DNA of 64,000 nucleotides. It comes from Chlorokybus atmophyticus (Eukaryota; Plantae; Mesostigma and Chlorokybus algae). Every line of letters begins with the position of its first letter. Within the stretch, counting starts at the first letter, position 1. The notes under the pieces are model-generated. The model made no database searches, was not told where the DNA came from, and saw only the letters and a program-made list of their open reading frames with translations. Shown here piece by piece: positions 32,505 through 47,000 of the stretch. Made by a program: the position numbers and the translations under genes. The DNA is taken from contig RHPI01003788.1 in assembly GCA_009103225.1 (NCBI GenBank), forward strand, positions 211,582 to 275,581, given 5' to 3'.

Positions 32505-35085
32505 GCCGGACTCTTTGGCAGCGGCAGCAGCAGCGGCGGCGGACGGCAAGGAGATGGAGGATGAAATGGACAAGGCGGAAAGCGCCCTGCCTTCAGGAAG
32601 AAGTTGCTCGGAACGTTCGTATGCACGGACTGTTGCAACACGGCCAATACAGCTCTGCGCGCCTTTGATGTCTACATGCACCCTAGCGGCTACCGTAGCT
32701 GTGTAGGGCCTAGCCTGCACCGCGATTGTATCGGGTCGCTAGCCACTGACCGGCTGACCGCGCAACGGCTTGTGTAGAGTCCAAGTGACCGGCATATCTT
32801 TACGCCACATCAGTGTAGCTAACAAACGGAGGACCGGATGGTGGTGATCTTAGTCGCCGTTATGGCTGCGACGCGACATACGTGCGTGTCAGACGGCTCG
32901 TAGGTTGGTGTACTTTGACGTAGGCTTTTGTCACGCGCGTGGCCAAGGCTTAGACTCTCCACGCATCATCTTGCAGTAGGCCTAGCAGCTCGATGGTTGT
33001 GGGGTGTTGTAGGCCTAAGTCGGTATTGGATACTTGGGCTGAGCTTGCAGCAGAGTTTACTCCCGCTCTTGATGCAGCGCATGGCGATGGGCAGCAGACT
33101 AACCCTGTGTCGTGTGCAACTCACGTTGTCGCGCAGTCTGTGTCCATAATAGTCCCCTCACCTTTCTTCGTTCCGTTTTAGCCCCCTTGCATGCAGCGCA
33201 TGCGCGCATGCTCATGACACTTGTCTGACTTTGTCATAACACCGGGTGCTGCAACGGCAACTACCTCATATGCTACCGCCTTGAGCGTGAATGGCCGCCA
33301 CGAGGTGAAGTCGATCGAGGCACGGTACCTCGATCGACTTCACACCCTCAGCTGCCATGCCTCCTTCATTATGTTGAAACTTGATCACCTCTGTGCCTTC
33401 TTTCACTGCCTTATGTGGCGGATGCCATCAAGTGTCCTTCCACCTCTGCTGCTGGTAAGCAGCATGTGCTGATTGTCAGCTGTTGTTGGTTGTGTTGGCA
33501 GTACTTGACTGATGTCAGGTAGTCAGCTTGCGGTTCTCGACGTTTGTGATGGCAAACCCACTACGAATGATATATTGCTGTGCACCTTGCATTTCCATGG
33601 CATTGTATATGTGCTTGTACCGACTTAGTTTATGCTGAAGGTTTGCTGCTGTCCAACCTACCCAACAACCACTCTTTGTACTATTGTCGTCGTTGCTGGC
33701 ATTTACTATTACTCACTTGATTTCTTTGATTCGCAGTTGTTGGTGTAGCTGGCAGTGCTCCAGCTCACGTATCCGCGCGCTCCGATCCTTCCAGTGGGAA
33801 TGGTACAACATTCAAGTCGGTTGCAACTTAATACTACATCAACATCTCAACTTCTCGGGCATTTCCTCCAGCTTAAGCAAGTTCTTATCTTCTCGATATG
33901 TTCAGATTCACTTGCATTTTGTTTTTATGCGGTTGCTGGATTAATTCTCATCACATTTTCATGTCTGCTTGTAGGTTGTAGTGGGCTTGGTTCTTATTAT
34001 GGGACGATGATGATTGGTATTGTTGCGGTTTTACACTTACTATATGTTCCATCCTGCTAGCTTGACATCTTGTTAATGGCTACATTATCTATGTAAAGGT
34101 ACATTCAAGAGCCCTGCAAATATGGCGACAATCGTGACAACCACAGCTGACCACTCCACCGACCACTCTCACCACTTGTCTATTTGCACAATATAATTTA
34201 GCAGTAGATATGCTGACTGTTTCCTCTTGCCTTGTATGTATTTATTAATTTCGGTTTTGTCTTCCGGATCCACCTCATGATTTGTCTCTTCTTGCTGTAC
34301 ATGTTGTCATAACATGCACATGGTGTTTCTGTGCATATTGTTCAACTGTGCTTGTTGTGTCTGCATGCTTCTTGTGGTCAATTAATTAGGCTGCATATTT
34401 CCTACGTGGGTAATATGCACCGCGACAGAGCGCTGCATGTCACCCACGTAGGAGATATGCAGCCTAGCGGTAGCAGCAAAACCATTATCCCAATAAAAAG
34501 CATGAGCCTACCCTACCAATTGTGCAAACTAGCAATGTTTAAATGAACAACGCAGAATGAGCCACGTCACCTCATGGACGATAAGTTTACCAATTGCTTT
34601 CGCCTGTGGCGGCCGGGCGTGGGTTGCGACGCTACACATGCGTGTCCCCAATCGGCTCATAGCTTTTTGTATTATTGGTAGGTGCTGTGTGCTTTTACTC
34701 GTCCGACCACAGTGTATGCAACTCTTGACACCTTATGTCATAGACGACTGAAGATCTGATCAAAAGCCTACCGACAGTAAGCCTTAGCCTCGGTACGCAC
34801 ACACTTGTAGCCCAAGGCTAAGCCTGAGCCTCAGCCTGAGCCATTAGCGTAGGCTTTGTTGAGCATGGTCAAAGCGCTCATAAAAGTTGTTAGTTGCATG
34901 ATTGAATCACATCGTGTAACTTTAATTTCACAATCAATGTGAGGTTTTACGTTAAAAGAATGTTGGAGATGATACACAAGCTTATGTCATATATTATTAG
35001 CATGTAAATTGCACATGTGACATTTTTTGCATAAATTTATATTAAAGCCCTTAATACAATAAGTCGCGATTGCATGCAATTCCGC

Positions 35086-35483
35086 NNNNNNNNNNNNNNN
35101 NNNNNNNNNNNNNNNNNNNNNNNNNNNNNNNNNNNNNNNNNNNNNNNNNNNNNNNNNNNNNNNNNNNNNNNNNNNNNNNNNNNNNNNNNNNNNNNNNNNN
35201 NNNNNNNNNNNNNNNNNNNNNNNNNNNNNNNNNNNNNNNNNNNNNNNNNNNNNNNNNNNNNNNNNNNNNNNNNNNNNNNNNNNNNNNNNNNNNNNNNNNN
35301 NNNNNNNNNNNNNNNNNNNNNNNNNNNNNNNNNNNNNNNNNNNNNNNNNNNNNNNNNNNNNNNNNNNNNNNNNNNNNNNNNNNNNNNNNNNNNNNNNNNN
35401 NNNNNNNNNNNNNNNNNNNNNNNNNNNNNNNNNNNNNNNNNNNNNNNNNNNNNNNNNNNNNNNNNNNNNNNNNNNNNNNNNNN
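35086..35483. other. Assembly gap (N run)
   Basis: Seen directly. Confidence 1.
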
Positions 35484-36376
35484 TCCCCCCCCTCCAGCTT
35501 GGGCATAAAGCATCGTTTCAGCACCATTATGCTAAGAGTTACCGCGTCACACGTTGATGCCTAATACCTAAATGGTTTAAAATCTTAAGGTGGAATGTAA
35601 CACGTGTTACACATTACATGCACAATATTGTTTAACTTCGGTTTTGTTATATATCCCACCTCATATTTAACTATTTTTTTGTTTAAGTTGAGCATAAAGT
35701 AACATGGCCTTAATCAGATATTATCGCTTAACTTTGTGACAATTACATGTTGCTAGTCTGTCATGTGAGTAACTTGCAACGAACACTATACAAGCTTGCA
35801 TAATGTTAACGCGTGTCTAATGTAACAGACCACATTCATGTCTTGGTGTTAAATCTCACAACATGGGAGACAGACATCATGGTTGCTGACGCAAGTTCTG
35901 ATAACACATCAGCCTATTGCAAAGCCTTGCTAAGGTTGGCAATGTGACATTGAGTTTAAATGACCACATGAGCTTGTGTCAGACGTGCTCTTGCGGTTTT
36001 AGTATTGTTTGGAGAGAGTGGTAGAGAGAGAGAGAGAATGCGAAGCAACTTGCATATTAGATACGCATGCCAATAATCAGAATTCGAAGGCGACCCTCTT
36101 TGCTTGGATGAGTAAGATGCTGTGACTGCACACGAGGTTAATCTGCCCTTATACTTGCTAACTGCATTGGAGTTAAACAAAGATTACTGCACGTGGTAAT
36201 CCCCATCCATGTGTGTGTGTGTGTGTGTGTGTGTGTGGAAGACGATGTATCAAAATATACACATATACATATATACACATTCACATATATACATACATAT
36301 ATACTATCATATCATATATACATATATATATGTATGACACACACGCACATATATATACATATATCTATATATATAC

Positions 36377-36828
<452 letters not shown>

Positions 36829-39800
36829 CACATATACATACACATATATATGGTTTATTATCAACCACACACACATATATATGTATATGTATTTGTAATG
36901 TGATATTATCCATAATGATATATATAGTGATATTATCCATTACATGGTGATATATCAAATAAGATGCATTGTGCTTGATCATACCAGACATATGTCATTA
37001 GCAGACCTATTCATTGCAATGGTATCAAAGCCGTTTATTACGACCTTTAATTTAGAAATGATATTGTTAGTATCAAATGCCGCCAGATGCTGTGCCATAT
37101 GAGCCGCCAATACCTCGTGCTTCCCACCTTTAAGTTAATTATAGTAATAACGCTCATAACAACTGTAGATACCTTCAACATCATGCTGAGGGTATCCACA
37201 CTTGTTATGATGATGAGCGCATGTTGCCGTGAGGCTGATATAAACAGCGATTGAAGTTCTTGCTTCTACTGCGCCATGGAGACGCCAAACTTCTCCATAC
37301 ATACACGCACACATCCGCCTTCATAAACATTTGCAGTAAGCAGGTGCTCGAAAATGTTGATTACCGTCAATGTACGTCACCAGCACTACATCTGCTTAAA
37401 ATTGAACTTGAAGCACTGGTACGTACCGGTGCTTCAAGTTCAATTTTAAAGCTGTATACCCGTGGATCCATAATAATTCCCGCCGAAGTGTGCTTGAAGG
37501 TACAAGCTATACAGGCTGCACCTTGAATTGAGATTGTATCATAGCCCTAGTCTAAGGCTGTGTTTGTTGGCTAGGCTTGAGGATTTGTTTTGTTAATCAG
37601 GGAGCTCTAATCGGCGCTATGGATTGTGTGGCTTACACTATTGGTATGCATGCACGGTGCGCCCACATTGGCGGCTCTGAAGCTAAGCCTACTAGGCCTA
37701 AACCAGCTGCTAGGCTAGGACGCACCAGCCTGCCAAACGCATGGGCCTCAACGTCCCATCCACTTCCAAAATTAAAGACAAAAGCGGCTGCCGGACACAA
37801 TCACGCTATGAGGGCTGTTGGAGTACTTTTAAACCAGTCAAAAACCAAACATGAAAGGTTTTGGTGGTTTACGCACCAAGTGTATTGCTATGAAGAATAC
37901 ACTTATTACCAATCCTGTAATGGTATGTTTACCATTTGCAAACGCGGTTAACCTCCGCGTGAATTGCAACACAACACATGCGCGTCTCAATCGGCTCTGA
38001 GCCTTTGGTACTAGGTGCTTATGGGTTTGACAAGATCTTAACCCTTATGCCGTCACAATGCTGTGTGTTAATTAAATACAAACTGATGTTTTCATTACAT
38101 TGTACATGTTTATATCATTTAACGTCCGCACGTTTTTATTAACGCAATTAGCACGTACATGCAATATGGAAAAAGCTTATCATCCACGAAATTGCCTTTC
38201 GAGATTGATTGTAATTAAGCAATTATAACATACCATTTGTTGCATGCATGATCTTACAGAGTGCTTGATCAAATGTCATGATGATAATGTTACACGAATG
38301 CCACGTGCTTGCAAAGCAACGCGATGCCGCATGTTATAGTTGCAGCATCGTGCTGCGGACACATTATATGTACATGTAGAATGTACACAAAATGCATACA
38401 CCAAGCAAATGCTGCGAATAAAATTCCATTCGCCCTTATATTGCAATTCACATAAATCAATGCATACGCTGTTTTGATTTTGCATTATGAACACCTTCAC
38501 TAGCTAGCTTTATTTGCGCTATATAGTAGCTGTGGCTATGGTACAACCGTTTTACGATAGTGTGATTACTACAATCTATAAATGCTAACAGCAATGCATA
38601 GTGAACAAGCAAGTTAATATTTATGACTACTAGTAGTTGCAAATATGGGCCATATTTGCAACTACTAGTGTAATCAACTTGCAATCATACCAATGAATGT
38701 GACATGGGCGATGGCTATCCCTCCAGTAGCAATATCATTTGCATTGGAGAGGAAACCGCCACACACTTGCTCCAATAAAAGCAATTGTTATCACGGACCT
38801 TGCATACCTTATGCCACTCTCACCTTAATAATAGCCTCAATTCCGTGATAAAGAGTGTCAAGCATCCGAAATTGCATGTCAACGCATGTCATTCCATATG
38901 ATAATCAGCTTAATAACATCATATTTACTGCAAAATAAGTTCAGTAAGGTAATTTATATTCACAGGCATTGCCTTGATTTGCATGACAATGTGCGTCAAT
39001 TTAGATAGATATAACTATTGACAGCTTGTCCTCCAAAACGGTCTCCGAGACAGCTCGCAGCTTCCCCATCACGCTCCATCAAATGGTAGCTTTCTTGCTT
39101 GTTAAAACCAATTTAATGCATATTGTATCGAGGGTTTTCAAACCAACCTGCACTCTACTATGCTTTATAATGCTAAAGGATCCTTAACAGATTAAAAGAA
39201 AAGCACTGCAGTAGTTGCTTCTTTTGATGTAATTCATCAATAAGGTGGGGACCGCAGCCCATCCGTCGTAGTTTATCTCTAATACATCTTTATAATGACC
39301 ATCAACTGCTGCGCACCAAGACGGCCTCAGAGGACAAGCTGACGTTGCGATCATGTGTCATTTAAAAATGCACACGATTTTTTTTATATGGAAGAGATCA
39401 ACACCAAAGGATATCGCTTTATTGGCATGGCGATATTGCCAATGCCACACGCAAGCACTGAGCATTTAATCAAACCAACAACAAGGGGTGGCCTCGTTGA
39501 TTGTTTTATGCTGACGGCGTTGATGCATTGCTGCGCGGTCATCATATGACCCTGTCTCAATTGATGTATTGGCTTGGAGCAATTGCATCGAGACCGTCTT
39601 TGTGATTTTGTTCATGAACATGTAAGCATACCATCGTATTGCTTTTTATCCGCTTGCATTAAGGCTTGGATCTTATTATGCAATACGAATCTCTTGTGTT
39701 GCAATTACTAAGCGTAGCAATGCATTATGCACACCAACCTTGGCCGTACTTTGATATACCATATGTGCAAATCATTGGCATGATGCAGATCAGCAATTTG

Positions 39801-40235
39801 TGGCGGCAATGCAGGCAGCTCACAAAAATCGCCGTGTGTAGGAGTTTGCAATGGCAATCTCGAGGCCTAATTACGAAATGAGGGAGTTGTGTAAGCAACA
39901 CACGTGACAACATGCACGCGCATGCACTCAACCAAAGTGCGGATGCATTATGCACTGATGTATTGGTGATGATGCAACCTCGTCCCTACCCGCACTCAAA
40001 ACACAAGCAAGACCATGCACCCAAATTCATCTGTGTGCCATGCGGCTCGTTGCTCCGCTTTATGTATCAATTCGAGATGGAATTATTTACAGCGCAGGGA
40101 AGTCGCACAAGTCCTACCGTCGACGATTTTGTAAATGGATGTATAATGCATCAATTTCACAATTAGTGCATGGCAGTGGTGACCATTGTGATCATGGTAT
40201 GCCCCCCCGGGGGGCCCCCCCACTGGGCCCCCAGC

Positions 40236-40787
40236 GGGGGGGCCACTCGAGGCCCGTTGCATTTTGCCATGGGGTGGAATCAACCCAACATGGAGTTTGC
40301 GGCGCTGCTTAAGGAAACAGTATTACCGGTAAACACAACTATTCGGCAGTCAGCCGCCACTATTTTGAATGCCGGGCCCAACTTGGGTCAGGCAAAGCAC
40401 AGCGCGCAACTCGCGGCGCAATTAATAAAAATGCCCCTGCCACGATGGGGGTGGACTTTACGCCGCGCGTCACCAGAGATTCACAACGCTTGTGAATGTG
40501 ACGCGGTGCCAAATGCTCCTGTCATCGGGGCGGCGACCAAACGGTTACTGATCGTTGGCCGTTGCAGCGGTTTAAACTATTTAAAACTATTTAAATCGCT
40601 GGCGGTCATTGGCCATCTCTTCTCGGCCAATCGATGAGTTTAATAAACCCCCTTTGCATGGCAGATTCTTAATGGTTGCCGTTCCGCTTGACGTGCATCT
40701 AGCTACAAATGTCCTATTGTGTAAATAAGAATAGTATTAGGACTTTCTTGTTTCCGCCCCATGGCAAAACGCAACAGGCTCCCCCCC
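40236..40787. mobile_element. MITE-like non-autonomous element (about 550 bp)
   Basis: 40249-40283 is the reverse complement of 40748-40781 (about 30/35 identity). The ends are a G7 run and a C7 run. No ORF and no clear TSD. Confidence 0.45.
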
Positions 40788-41255
40788 ATTAAGATCAATG
40801 ATAATGCTATAATCAGTTGCATAAACACATATAATAATTATACGCAATCGATTTAGTGATCGTGTTATAATCAATGATTATAACGCATAAACTTATTGGC
40901 GTATCATACGCAACATGATCACTTATTCCATTGCGTATGATATGTGAGGTTACTGTGATAATTACATAATACTAGTTAGTTACAAATAAAGTTGTAAATT
41001 TTAACTTTAACAAGAACGTTTACACCTTCAACATCACAGTCAATATGATAATGACCATGGTGATTGAAATCATGACCACCATTACCATCACGGTCATCTA
41101 CATTAACACGAGCACAAACGCAGACTCCGTGCTCTTGAGCATTGATGTCGGACACCAGAACAAGACGTACACACCCACACATGCGACATGTGCGCGGGTG
41201 TGTACGCGCAGCTGTGGCACACACAATCGCGTATACAGTGCTACACATGCGGGAN

Positions 41256-41478
41256 GGTCGCACTGATACTGCCGGACCTCATACTACTGATGGGTGAGGA
41301 TGTGTGGGTGGGGGTGGGTATGTGGGAGGGGGTGGGTGGGTGGTGAGAGTGTTTGGTTTGTGTGTAGGTGCGACGTTTCTCGCGGTGTATTGGCCGATTG
41401 GGGCGAGTAAGGCGGTGGGAGGCGGGACGCCGATGCAAGGGGCGGGATGGGCAGCGTGCGGCATCACGTGGTGCGTTG

Positions 41479-41509
<31 letters not shown>

Positions 41510-41512
41510 ACA

Positions 41513-41543
<31 letters not shown>

Positions 41544-42945
41544 GCATATCTACATGGACACAAGAACATCTGTCTCTCATACGTATGTCCCACGAAGACG
41601 TACATGCAGACGTTCTGACATGCATACGCACGCACACCAACACATGGGCGCATGCACGCAATCATGCATAGTTGCACATGTGTGTGCATGTGCATCAGCG
41701 CGTATCTACGCAACCCTACTTTCTCAGCCACCACACACCCTCCACAATACTCTCCAGTCTCACCCCCCCGCCCCGCTGTCACACAGGTTGTGGGGTGTTT
41801 GTTGGTTTATCATCGCGGACGCGGTCAAGGTCCCCGTGTGGGCGCTCTTCACGCGCTACACCGCCGAAGCGCGCCGACGCAAGGACAGCGGACTCCCGCG
41901 CGCAAAATGGATGCGGGTGAGCTGTTGTGTTGAGAAGACAAAGTCAATCATGCTGGGCATGTATGGACAATCGTACTGTATGTATATGTGTAGCGTGGCA
42001 TCAGTGTATCATACTCGAGTATACTTGAGCAGATTGACAGAGGATGTTGTTGTATGCACACAATGCATACAACGTTGGTTGATATTGCTGTCTGTGATGT
42101 ATATGTACCACGCACGCACCCATGCACGCACGCACACGCACACACATACACACACATGCACTCACGCAGGTGTTGGAGTGGCCCGGTGAGGGCGCCGAGT
42201 TCGTCACCGAGAAGCTCGAGTATGTCGTGGATCGCACGTTCGGCAAGACGGGTCGCGCTATCATCAAGATGTTTTCAGGAATGAAGCCGTCCACGCGCAA
42301 GATGTCACAAGTAAGTGGAATGTGCGTGCGTGCGTGCGTTCGTGCGCTTGTGTGCATGCACATGCGCGCATGCGCATGTGGTGCTGTGTGTGCATGTGTG
42401 CGTGTACGTGCGTGCGTGCCTGTGTGTGCGTTCAAGTGCGTGGGTCTGTTTATGACTGTTTGTGCGTGTGTGTACTAATGGAGCACTTGTTGTTTTGTTG
42501 CAGAGGTGGGGCCGGTCCGAGCCACACATCTCAAAGCTCCTGCGCCCGTCATCCGTGCTTGTCGCAGCCGAGTCCAGTCATGTAAGAGACAGCTGCTGCT
42601 GCTGTTGTTGTTGTCATCGACTCAAAACACCTTGCATGCAGGATCCTGTCCAGCGGGCGATGGTGACGGAGAGGCAGACCCTCGCGCGGCGTGCTTCGCA
42701 GGGGAACGTGCTCAAACCAGGCGAAATCTACTAGTTGGTTCCCTTCATTCAGCATTTGGTACATACGTACGGTCTTACGTTACAGCAGATTAAACATTAG
42801 AACACTCCTTTAGTCGTGTGCGCTATGGGGGCTGTCTGGCACGCACAGCTGCTAGCACGTTTGTGGTTCGTGAGCCCCTTAGTGCCCTTAGTCTAGTGAG
42901 TCTTTGGTTGGCTTGTTAATAGGTCAGATACAACGAGGGGCTTAG
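41256..42945 (+). repeat. Exact 1690-bp copy of 48061-49750 (3' exons and 3' flank of the H+-ATPase gene)
   Basis: The ORF track repeats identically at offset 6805. The copy starts immediately after a single N (41255) and ends at ...GGGGCTTAG. Confidence 0.92.
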
Positions 42946-44093
42946 GGGGGGCATACAGTAGAGGTATGTTTCCGCCACCAGCTGCACATTTGGAATACAG
43001 CTTGTGACCATTAACAGTGTTGATGATGGTCAATTAAAAAGTGGGTGCGCGTGTCCACACACACGCACGCGCACACATGATGTGCATGTGCGTCACGCAT
43101 TGCGTATTCGTGTATGTGGACATATCATAATGTATGCGCATGTGCGCATGCTACGCGCGCACGCTGCATGCATGCATAACACATGTACCGTGAGTACCCA
43201 CACAAGCAAACATAATGCGTATTTGTGTGGGCACGCACAAGCACGCACAGTGCGCTTGTCATATATAAGCATCCACAAATGCGTGGCCATGGGTGTGCAT
43301 ATGCGCATTTGAGTGTGTATGTGCCGCACATGTGTACACGGCGTGTACATGCGTGTGTGCATTTACATGTGCATTGACATGTCCGTGCGTGTACCATATT
43401 AATTTCATGTTGCAAGCTTTCAACATAATAGTAACATATAGTGGGTCAGCTTGTAGCTCATTTGTAACATCACCTCCTCCCCGACAAGCTCATGACCCAT
43501 CAACCTCCCTTCTTTGGTAATGTGTACCGTAATTACTCTGATGGAGCCCCCACTTCACATCATAAACACAAAGAGAGCTTGCTATAAACCATATATGAAT
43601 TCAGTTGCGTGAACCTTATTTCTCATGGTTTTACCATGCTCACGGCCATACTTGCAGTAACGGGTTTAAAGACCTCGAGAATCCCGGTACACATGGTTCA
43701 CAGTATTGGACTTGTTCCTGGTTCGCTGGTGGTGGTGTAAGACGCCGTACAGTCCCTTTTGGCCTCTGAATGCATTACCATGACGACAGAGAGTGATGAA
43801 GTTTCATGCACGAGTGTGAGGCACGACGACTTTGTCGCTGCCTGAAGAAGGCCTACGATGCCTATGACTCACAGCTTCCAAGCCGAGCAGCGGTAGCCTA
43901 TTCAGTGCAACCTGTTGCAGGCACTGCATTGCACTGGAACACTGGTGAAGCTCCGTCGAATCTTCGCGCCGCCGTCGCATCTACTGCGACAAGACGGCGG
44001 CGGCACGTAGGTACAATTGGAGGGACACAGCACGAGGAGCAGAAGGAGTAGGCGGAGGAGGAGGTGGAGCTCGTGGTCGTGGTGGTGGCTGAA

Positions 44094-47000
44094 ATGGGTC
44101 GCGGGCATGGCGAGGAGGACGACGAGTCCCTCGGTCTCAGCAGCGCCGCGGCGGCGGAGTACCACGCCCGCCACGGATACAACGAGGTCACCGCCGCCTC
44201 CACACCGGAGTGGAAGAAGATACTGTACCGATACCTGGACTGGGTCTCAATCGTCATTGTGAGTGGGAGGGAGAGTTGAAGGGACACTGCGCATTGGAAA
44301 TGTGTGTGCTTGTTCAACAGTGTGTGGAGTTGCTGCGTGCATGGTGGATGCGGAACCACAGGTACGGTACCATTGCCTCTGAGGGCATGGCCGACTAGTG
44401 GCGGCAGTGAGTGTACGGGTGGGTGAGTGAGAGTGTGCGCATGTGTGGTGCCAGAGAGGCGAAGTGTATGCGCATGTATGTGTCACTTGTGGCTCTCTGC
44501 GCACACGCATCACACACCCAGACTCATGCAAGCTCCTGCATGCAGCTGCAACAGCGTGAAAAGGCGGTTGGATCGCGTTGGTTCATACATTGTTCACCCC
44601 CCAATCCCAACTGCACACACAAATGTCCTCATGCCCAAGAAGAGAAGCCAGCCAGCAGAAAGCACTATCTGTCTCGTTCATACGCACACCACATGCATAC
44701 ATATGTATCCATGCCCTTGTGTCGACCTCGCACACAGCCAGACAACAACACTGAACACTCAACACCACTCTCAACCCCAACCCCAACCCTGTCCACTCCC
44801 TCTCCTCCCGCAGTTGATCACCGCGATCCTCAGCATCGCCATCCCCGTTGAGGTCCGCGTCGACGAGTCCGAGCCAGGTGGAGAACCCCCCGAGAAGGTC
44901 CGCGGTTGGGTGTCATTCGGACTCCTGCTGCTCGAACTCAACCTCATCGTGTGGGTCGGGTACTACTCGGACAGGAACGTAGGGAACGCCGTCAAAGAAC
45001 TGGAGGTGAGTGCGTGTGGGCGGGTGCGTGCATGCATGTTTATGTATGCGTGTGCGTGAGCACATACGCATGCACGCACGCACACGCACACACGTTTGTG
45101 CGTGTGTCTATACATGCCGCGTGTATATGTGTGTATTGACTCCGCTTCTCCCCCTCAGGAACTCTCCGCCCCCCTCGCCACCACGAAGCGCGACTCCAAA
45201 TGGCTCCTCCTCCCCGTGCGCGACCTCTGCGTGGGCGACGTCCTCCTCCTCAAGGGCGGCGACGTCATCCCCGCGGACGCCGTGCTGATCGGCCGGGGGG
45301 AACCGCTCAAGGTGGACGAGTCGTCGCTCACAGGAGAGAGCTTACCCGTGACGAAGAGGGTGGGGGATAATCTGCTAAGCGGGGCGGTGGTGATGCAGGT
45401 GAGTGGGAGGGTGGTTGTTGGGGGTGGGGGTGGGGGTGGGGATGTGGGTGTGTGATGTGTGATGTGGGGTGGGGTGTAGGGGGAGCTTGAAGCGCGTGTT
45501 ACGGCTATTGGGGTGGAGTCGTTCTTTGGGAAGACTATCACTCTGATACAAGCTGGAGAAGATGTTGGACACCTACAGCAGGTGGGTGCGTGTGTGTGTG
45601 TGTATGTGGCCATGTACGCGCATGCACATGCATGTGCACGCGCGCATGCCTCTGCGTGTGCGCTTGTATGCACATGTGCATGATTGTAGTTGTGTGTGCG
45701 CGCATGTGCGCGGATACGGGCGTGCGAGTGTCTTACAATAACGACGCATACTGTCTCTTGAGTGACTGTTACCCACACGACACAGGTGTTGGATGCCGTG
45801 TCCAAGGCGCTGGGCGTCATTGGCGCCACGTTCATCCTCATCATCGTCATTGTCCTCCTCACCCGCGACGAGGTACACACCTTCACTCCCCTCACACCCA
45901 CACCCACCCTCACCCCACCCACCCCACCCACCCACCCACCCCCACAACACCACCACCACCACCGCACAGGAGCCCGGCAACGCCATCGTGACTGGTTTCA
46001 TCATCTTCGTCTCGGTGGTCCCCATCGGCATGCCCGTCGTGACCACAACCGTCTTAGCTGTCGGCGCACGCGAGCTCGCCAACGAGAAGGCAATAGTATC
46101 AAGACTCTCTGCTATGGAAGAACTATCAGGCATGGAGATACTGTGCTCAGACAAGACTGGGACATTAACCAAGAATGAGTTGGAGCTTGATGTGAATGAA
46201 GTGTTAGCATGGGGAGAGTATACCAACACAGATGTGTTGAAGTATGCTGCACTGAGTGCGAGATGGGAGAACAACGATGCCATAGACAAGGCTATCGTCA
46301 GCTCTGTTGACAACGATCAGAGTGTCTTGGATGGATTTGTTACAACACGCTTCATCCCTTTCAACCCCGTTGACAAGAAGACAGCCGCATACGTCATCAC
46401 GCCATCAGGATTGAACAAAGTCTACTCCAAGGGTGCTCCTCATGTCATTGGTGAGATGGTGAATGATCCCAAACAGAAGGAGGCTGTGGAGAAGTACATG
46501 GATGAGAGGGCTTCGAGAGGGTTGAGGTCACTTGGTGTGATGGAGAGTGGGGATGAGGGAAAGAGCTGGAGTCTGGTTGGGTGCATAAGTCTGTTGGACC
46601 CGCCAAGAGATGACTCGGCGGCGACGATACGACTGGCGCAAGAGCTCGGGATTGAGGTGGCGTGCGCGCGTGCGTGTGCGTGTCAGCGTGTGTATACAAG
46701 TTTGCATGCAGGCGTACGCGTGCGTGCATGTGCGGGTGTTTATTGACAAGCACGCGTGTGCGCGCGCTTGCGTGTGTACGTGTGCATGCGTGAGCACACA
46801 TACACATGTACGTGCGTGTGAACACGTACGTCCATGGAATTACAGGTCAAGATGGTTACTGGCGACCAGCGTGCTATCGCCATCGAGACCTGCCGTCGCT
46901 TAGGCATGGGCACCTCCATCCTCCCCTCTTCCCACCTCACCGATAACGCTACGGACGACAACACCCTCGCCCAGGCCGTGGACGACGCCGACGGCTTCGC

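Noticed and set aside
33700-34000. Decayed coding-like frames on the - strand here and at 39000-39340
   Set aside because: Stop-riddled with no recognisable motif; covered only as part of the AT-richer interval.
40976-41254. Short ORFs immediately before the N at 41255
   Set aside because: No recognisable homology within the window, and the contig junction prevents a gene model.
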